Assembly: GCF_035594765.1 (NCBI RefSeq) | Contig: NC_085843.1 | Span: 224,727,971-224,791,970, forward strand | Direction: 5' to 3' | Source: Anolis carolinensis | Lineage: Eukaryota | DNA: 64,000 bases | Part shown: one piece after another, positions 57,456 through 64,000 of the stretch | How the letters are laid out: each line of letters opens with the position of its first letter | Position numbering within the stretch: the first letter of the stretch is position 1 | The notes under the pieces: model-generated | What the model was told of the DNA's origin: nothing | What the model saw: the letters and a program-made list of their open reading frames with translations, nothing else | Databases searched by the model: none | Translations under genes and position numbers: made by a program

Positions 57456-58344
57456 TGAAATTGTATAAACTTTATTTCCATGACTCAGTTGGAGCTTGCA
57501 TAATCTTAAAAGTTAAATTAAGATCTTAAAAGTTGGAAACCCTAGAGATATAAAAATGTTCCTATATAATGCTTGCCAGTTGGATACTGCTGATTAAACA
57601 CAAACGAAGATATTTGATTTTCTTTTCAGTGTTCAACCAACAACAAAGAAAAAAATATATAATATTTGAAATTGCCTAGGAAATAGGGAATGAGGATAGA
57701 AAAGGCAGTCCTAGTTGTCATCTGTGCAAAGCAATAATAATGCCAATCATCTTCTTTTCCTACAATATAGCACAAAATAGCACAGAAGGTAAGAGAGATT
57801 TTGTCCTGAATAGTTGAGGTTCTGCCTATCTCTAGTACACATTGACATGGGTAGTACAACATCTCCTGAACTATATAAACAGACTTAGCTAATACAGTAG
57901 TAGGGAATGCTACTGTAGCAGGAGACAGCACTGGTATTAGATATATAAATTGTAGGCCATCAAACAAAAGGCTTATCAACTAAGGATGTTATCACACCAT
58001 GTTATTAAAGTGATGCATTATTCTTTTCAGCCTTATCACTCAACATTAACACTCTCACGTTGTTGCATTGGGAGTCATTGAAAAGTTGGATTTTTGACTG
58101 TGGAAGTAATCTGTTAATGACCTATTTTCCCACAACAAATCTGTAAACATTCTTGGTTCAGATTTCTCATAGTGCTTTATTTCATTAATGATCCATTAGT
58201 GTGCACAGTGTGAATGTGGCCAGGTTATCCCTCCCTCGAGGATTTTGAAGGAAATCACTGGCAGAGAAGCCCCAGATCAATTCTGGTGCTCTGATGAGGA
58301 AGATGTTATGTTTAAATCCCTCTAAGCCCCCTTATGACTTCTGT

Positions 58345-58346
58345 TT

Positions 58347-58382
<36 letters not shown>
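58345..58382. repeat. (GTT)n microsatellite
   Basis: Direct reading. Confidence 0.95.
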
Positions 58383-58383
<1 letters not shown>

Positions 58384-58519
58384 GTCATCATTATGTTGTT
58401 GCACACCCTACTGTCATAGCCTCGTGCCATTGTAGCACTATTACAGCTACATTTATTTTTTTAAAAACAAAGGATGAACCAAACACAAAGTGAGAAACAG
58501 GATAAAGGAGTGGGCAATG

Positions 58520-59192
58520 ACACCATTGATGGCAATAGTGGACAACAAGTTAAACGTGAGCCAACAATGTGATGTGGCAGCTAAAGAAACTAATGGGATT
58601 TTGGCCTGCATCAATAGGAGTATAGATCCAGGGAAGTCATGCTACCCCTCTATTCTGCCTCGGTCAGACCACACCTGGAATCACACTGTGTCCAACTCTG
58701 AGCACCACAATTGAAAGGAGATGTTGACAAGCTGGAAGGTGTCCAGAGGAGGGTGACTAAAATGATCAAGAGTCTGGAGAACAAGCCCTATGAGGAGCGT
58801 CTTAAAGAGCTGGGCATGTTTAGCCTGCAGAAGAGAAGGCTGAGAGGAGACATGATAGCCATGTATAAATATGTGGGGAGAAGTCATAGGGAGGAGGGAG
58901 CAAACTTGTTTTCTGCTGCCCTGGAGACTAGGATGCGGGACAATGGCTTCAAACTACAGGAAAGGAGATTCTACCTGAACTTTAGGAAGAACTTCCTCAC
59001 TGTGAGAACTGTTCAGCAGTGGAACTCTCTGCCCCAGAGTGTGGTGGAGGCTCCTTCTTTGGAAGCTTTTAAGCAGAGGCTGGATGGACATCTGTTGGGG
59101 GTGCTTTAAAAGTGATTTTCCTGCTTCTTGGCAGGGGGTTGGACTGGATGGCCCATGAGGTCTCTTCCAACTCTATGATTCTATGATTCTAT
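58520..59192 (+). mobile_element. CR1 LINE 3' portion
   Basis: IVDNKLNVSQQCDVAAK, ORF 58711-59109 (LEGVQRRVTKMIK..YEERLKELGMFSLQKRRLRGDMI..FKQRLDGHL), (ATTCTATG)n tail. Confidence 0.95.
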
Positions 59193-60381
59193 TAAAGGGA
59201 AAAAAACATCTTAAAGTACAAATGCTGCAAGAGCACAACACAGACCATCAGCAATCAGCTATCTTCACAAAACTTGCTGGAGCAGATTTCAAACAGAATC
59301 ACAAAGCATAAAGGAATGGTATCATAAGGCCCTAAATCTCATCATTTCTTCTGTTTTCTGATGTTCTAGTTCACCTTAGGGTTGCTATAGGTAAGAAATG
59401 ACTTAACAGGACAACACAACAAATGTTCAATAAATATGTAGTACAAAAAGTGTACTACATAAGTCAGTGATTAGCAGGTTAGCTACATAATATTATTTTG
59501 TATTTTTAAAATATGCACAAATATTGGAGAAACCACTTAGCATAAGATGTATAAATCTTAAAGTTAAATGATATACTCTTTTACTACATGAATAGACAGC
59601 TCTAAGGGTTTCAGTACTGTCTCTTGAAAAATGGTTTTGATTAACTAGATATGTTCCCTAGCTATAAACAGTCTGTCCGTAATAGGATTTTGCCCCTAGG
59701 ACAGACTCACTGTGTTTGATGATATTAAGGGTGGGGGTGAAAAAAAAACTATGGTTCCATTAAAAAAGGACCGTGGCTATATTTGGAAGTCTTTCTATAT
59801 AAAGCTGTTTGTGTAGTTCTTTGCTCGCTACATGGGCTATACTTACATGCATGCTCATATAGACAAAAAGAGAGGGGTTTCTAATATCAATCCACTGTAA
59901 AATAAAGATTATAGCTGGCATTCTGTCAGTGAGTTGTGATGGCATAGTTGACCCTGTAATTGTTCAGAAGGTCTGTTTTAATCACACCATGACCAAAATC
60001 CACCCCAAGAGATAATATTTCCCGCATGCAAGCCCCACTTCTAATATAGCCATCTCTGTATTGGGAGAGAACAGAAGGAACAGCAGAGATACACCCAAGT
60101 ATTTCCTTTAGTCGAACATAATGTGATAATGTCATTCTCAGGAACCTTCCAAAACACATAGAAGGTTCCTGATGATGCATGTTGTAGTGCACCAAGGAAA
60201 ATAGCTAGACGACATGTGTCTGCTGCTCTCATCACTCTCTGCCAACATAGAAATGGCTATTCTGGTAGGGCTGACACACGAATAGATGGTTTGAGGGTTG
60301 CAGCAGGAAATGTGTCATAGCAATGTGCCAGAGACATGTTTCCCTATAAAGGATCTCAGCCTATATTTTAAATAAGATGGG

Positions 60382-60635
60382 ATTTTTTACATGTCAGGAG
60401 AGATGTGATAAACATCAAGTTGCTTTTGGTGTTAGTGAATTGGCCATCTGCAAGGACATTGCCTAGGGGATGCCTAGATGTTTTACCATCTTGTGGGAGG
60501 CTTCTCTCATGTCCCCGCATGAGAAACTGGAGCCGACAGGCGGGAGCTCACCCCACTCCCCAGATTCAAACTGCCAACCTTTCAGTCAACAGTCCTGCCA
60601 GCACAAGGGTTTAACCCATCGTGCCTCCAGGGCCA
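60382..60635 (-). mobile_element. Vingi-tailed tRNA-derived SINE (older copy)
   Basis: Homologous to 56497-56795. Confidence 0.78.
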
Positions 60636-61404
60636 ATGGTGAACTACTAAGATAGTTAACTTAGTAGATGGCAAAGATGGTGAACTACTAAGAGCCCTCA
60701 CCATTAGCTATGTTGCCTATGGTTAAGAATTGCAGCCCAACAATAACTGGATTGCCACACATTTTCCATCTTGGAACAAAGTATGCATGCAACAGGTCTA
60801 AGCAACAATCTTGCCATTTGAAGAAGTTTCAGAACCGGGCCATACAAATCCTTCTACTCAAGTAGTCAACGCATCCGTAGATGCGTTTTGCAAAAACCAG
60901 ACATGCAAAAGATGCACTAACTGGCACAGTCATGTTTTTACCAGCTAGTGTCTCTTCCGAGTCAAACTTTGTGCAAGCATAAAATTTTTGAGTGTTATGT
61001 TTTTCTTTTTGGTACCCATTCCAATTTCAACCCAAATCTTCCTATTAACTTTGCTTTGATTGAGGTCAAAGCTAGCCATGCTATGAATCCCTTGTAGCTT
61101 CTCCAGAATAACTGTGGGGGCCTTTTCAGGAAAATCAACTTTAAAAAGCAAGGTGGACCCTCCAAGATCTTGGATTTCCCAGCTAACCTCCAGAGACTAC
61201 GGCCAGATGACTTAAAGCTATATATTTATAAGTAAATTATATTTTTAAAGTATACTTTCTTATTGGAGCTACTTTGATGTTTCCTTGCAAAGTACATGGT
61301 TCTGTATGCACACAGTGGAAACACAGTTATGCCACTGTTCATATCTGACAAATGTGTAAATTTGTCACCATATGGAAAAATGAAATAGTCATCAGGTTCT
61401 AATG

Positions 61405-61480
61405 CTCTTCTTCTTCATTCACACAATCATTTCCAACTCTTCGTGACCTCATGGACCAGTCCATGCCAGAGCTCCCTGTG
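61405..61480 (-). mobile_element. RTE (BovB-like) 3' terminal fragment
   Basis: Reverse complement of the 11785-11855 region. Confidence 0.78.
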
Positions 61481-62734
61481 CTAATGCTATAGAAAGACAA
61501 ATGACATAGGTGAGGCTGAGCATATCCCAGCCTGTGATCAAAACACAACTTGTTCAGACCATGAGCTGCCAGTGATTTGATCAAAATAAACCATTGAGAA
61601 ACTTTAACCTAGACACATACAATCTGCTGTTCTCTGCATGTTTTATACTATAACCATTCTTGACCTTTGGCCATGTCATCCAATACTGATAGGAACAGTA
61701 GCCCAACAAGTCTGGAAGGCATTAGCTTACTCATCCCACATATACGATACAGTTCAGAATCATTTTATATCAGTGCTATAAAATAGCTTGCATATTATAA
61801 CCCAAAAAAATCCACAAAGGCTTTTGTGTGCTCATTACGCAAACGTCTGAGAATATTGGCTTTCCTTTCCGCCAGCTGTGCACAGTAGGAAACCTCTGTT
61901 GAGATCTCATTTTCATAAGATGTCATTTCAAAATTTGAGCCTTAGACTCCTGTTGCTGATCCCAGAGTAAATCAGAAGTCATTTCCATTATGTCCAAGGG
62001 AGTTGCTTTGTTATCAAGCAAATTTGAAGACTCGAAAGCAGAGATGTGCCAGGAAAATATACAAGGCAGAAGAAATCAATTGCATACGAGCAGATATAAT
62101 TACACTGTAAAGCCCTTTTAATATTTTTCTCCATGTTTTCTAGAAGGCAATAATGAACCTGGTCCCTTTTCGTTTGAGTTGTAAGTAAACCAAATCACAG
62201 GAAAGAAATTGCAGGAAACCAAACCTTTAGGGTTTTGAAATCAAAATGTTTTCAGCTGCCTTTTTTTCTACATACAATGGCAGCAGTTGATACAGATGTA
62301 CCATTTTCTCACTGTCTACCCACTTGGGCAATAGCATAACATTGATAAACTCCAGTGGCTTATGATGAGATAGAGAAAGCAAATGATAATTGTATGAAGT
62401 GCCCTGCATCTAAAAATTCAAGATATGCATCAGTTATGAAAAGAGTGAAACTGTAGCCTATATTTTAGAATAGGGGTTCTCATTTTTTTTCAGCTGCAGA
62501 GCCCTTTCTGAAGCAAAAGTTTCTCATGGAGCCCCAAGAAATGCTTATATTATATATTATATTATATATTAGATATAATGTAGATATATCAGGCATGGGC
62601 TGGGCAATTGGCAGATGAATGGAGGGTGTTTGTGTGATCTAATTCACAGAGTGCAAAAAAAGGAAAGAAAAAACAATACAATATTTAAAATGAAGAACAA
62701 TAGTAACTAACATAAACCTAAAATAACAAAAACC

Positions 62735-62907
62735 CCAGAGGCCATCTAGTCCACCCCCTTCTGCCATACTTTAAAAACACAATCAATGCAACTCCAACAG
62801 ATGGCCATCCAGCCTCCAGGTGTTTTGGACTCTCACAATATTGGCTGTTAGTAATTGTGGTAGTTGAAGTCCAAAACACCTGGAGGGCCGAAGTTTGCCC
62901 ATGCCTG
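62735..62907. mobile_element. CR1 3' fragment abutting half of a palindromic hAT MITE
   Basis: GGCCATCTAGTCCA...CAGATGGCCATCCAGCCTC joined to CAGGTGTTTTGGACT...GTTTGCCCATGCCTG. Confidence 0.65.
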
Positions 62908-63644
62908 CTCTAGTGTGATGAAGTCCATGGTTTCTTGGTGTAAGATAGGACTTGATACATGCAGTCAGAATGAATTTGTACAAAAATACCTTATATACTC
63001 ATGAATAAATCAAACCATTTTAGTCAAAAATAAAACCAGACAACCTAGGTTGATTTATCCATGGGCCAATACAAGTACAGTAACTTATTACTTATTTCTT
63101 ATCCCAAAAAGGATCCAGCCCCTTATCTGAGTAAGGTGACAAAAGGCAAGAGCTAGGAGAACCTAAAAGTACTGATCCCCTCTGCACCATGGCACTGCTT
63201 CTGGCTTTTTTAAATGCCAGCAGTGGTGACTGGCTCTCTGAGTTAGCATTACTGCTTTCTTATCTCAGCTGAACAACTCTCAACTTGTACACAGGTCATA
63301 TCAAAATCCATAATGACAACAACTTATACATAAGTATATACAGTAATTTGAAGAAGCAAACTTTTGTAAGAAAGCACACTTCTTTCTTCTTGAGCTTTTG
63401 CTATGCAGGCAGGCTGAATATATTACAGCCCTTGTATCCATTGGGAATATGTTCCAAAATACGCATACATGCCATGGATGCCTGAAACCACAGATAATAG
63501 TAAACACTAGATTTTGATTATACTTGGGCTGGAAGCATACCATAGAATACCACTGGAGACTTAGGATACCTACCTATCAACACTTCTAGGAGAGAATACT
63601 TTTTAGAGCATGAACGAGTCCACAGATAATGGAGTTGCACTATA

Positions 63645-64000
63645 TATTTATTTATGTTATTTATTTATTTACAGCATTTATATTCCACCCTTCTCACCCT
63701 AAAGGGGACTCAGGGCAGATCACAGAACACATATACAGCAAACATTCAATGCCAGACAGGACAGACAACAGATAGAGGTATATATATAGGCATTTTCCCA
63801 TCTTCGGTGTCCTGGAGGTTGTACTCAATTCCTGCCACAGAGGGGTGCTGTCACTCCTTCCTCCATGTCAAAGAGCCTGATCCCAGACTTCCTCCTTTCT
63901 TTGATCGCTGACATTTTCTGGTATTTCCTTTTTATGGTGCCATGAAATACCTCCACTCTTAAGCGGTACCTAATTTATCTACTCACAGCACTTTAAGTGG
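63645..64000 (-). mobile_element. L2-tailed SINE (Anolis SINE2-like), runs off the right edge
   Basis: Colinear with 5446-5760. Confidence 0.82.

Noticed and set aside
57626-60235. ORFs 57626-57979 and 59926-60195 as host genes
   Set aside because: No domain similarity I can recognise, no splice support, lengths compatible with chance.

Overview
Repeat-dense vertebrate genomic DNA, intergenic or deep-intronic. The repeat set (Sauria SINE, L2-tailed SINE, Vingi, Penelope, CR1, RTE, L1, hAT/Tc1/Harbinger MITEs) indicates a squamate, most likely an Anolis lizard (inference). I could not support any host protein-coding exon. Main elements: (i) a young Ty3/gypsy provirus on the minus strand at 1-2322, with pol open to the window edge and most of gag deleted, inserted into an L2; (ii) three solo LTRs with TG...CA ends and 5-bp TSDs (13163-13815, 36394-37095, 45804-46922); (iii) a near-complete Tc1 transposon (37552-39140); (iv) a Penelope element with inverted pLTRs and hammerhead-ribozyme remnants; (v) many SINE, LINE and MITE copies and a 183-N assembly gap. 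Most notable observation: three LTRs with no obvious nucleotide similarity each carry a small acidic ORF that fills U3 and stops before the TATA box, and in two the ATG is at LTR base 5. The predicted peptides carry short motifs resembling host chromatin-binding motifs: HMGN-like RRSAR(I/L)A in two, and a LEDGF-IBD/TND-binding-like DIF...SDEDSFEGF in one. This may be an undescribed class of LTR-encoded accessory microproteins. Expression and function are untested inferences.
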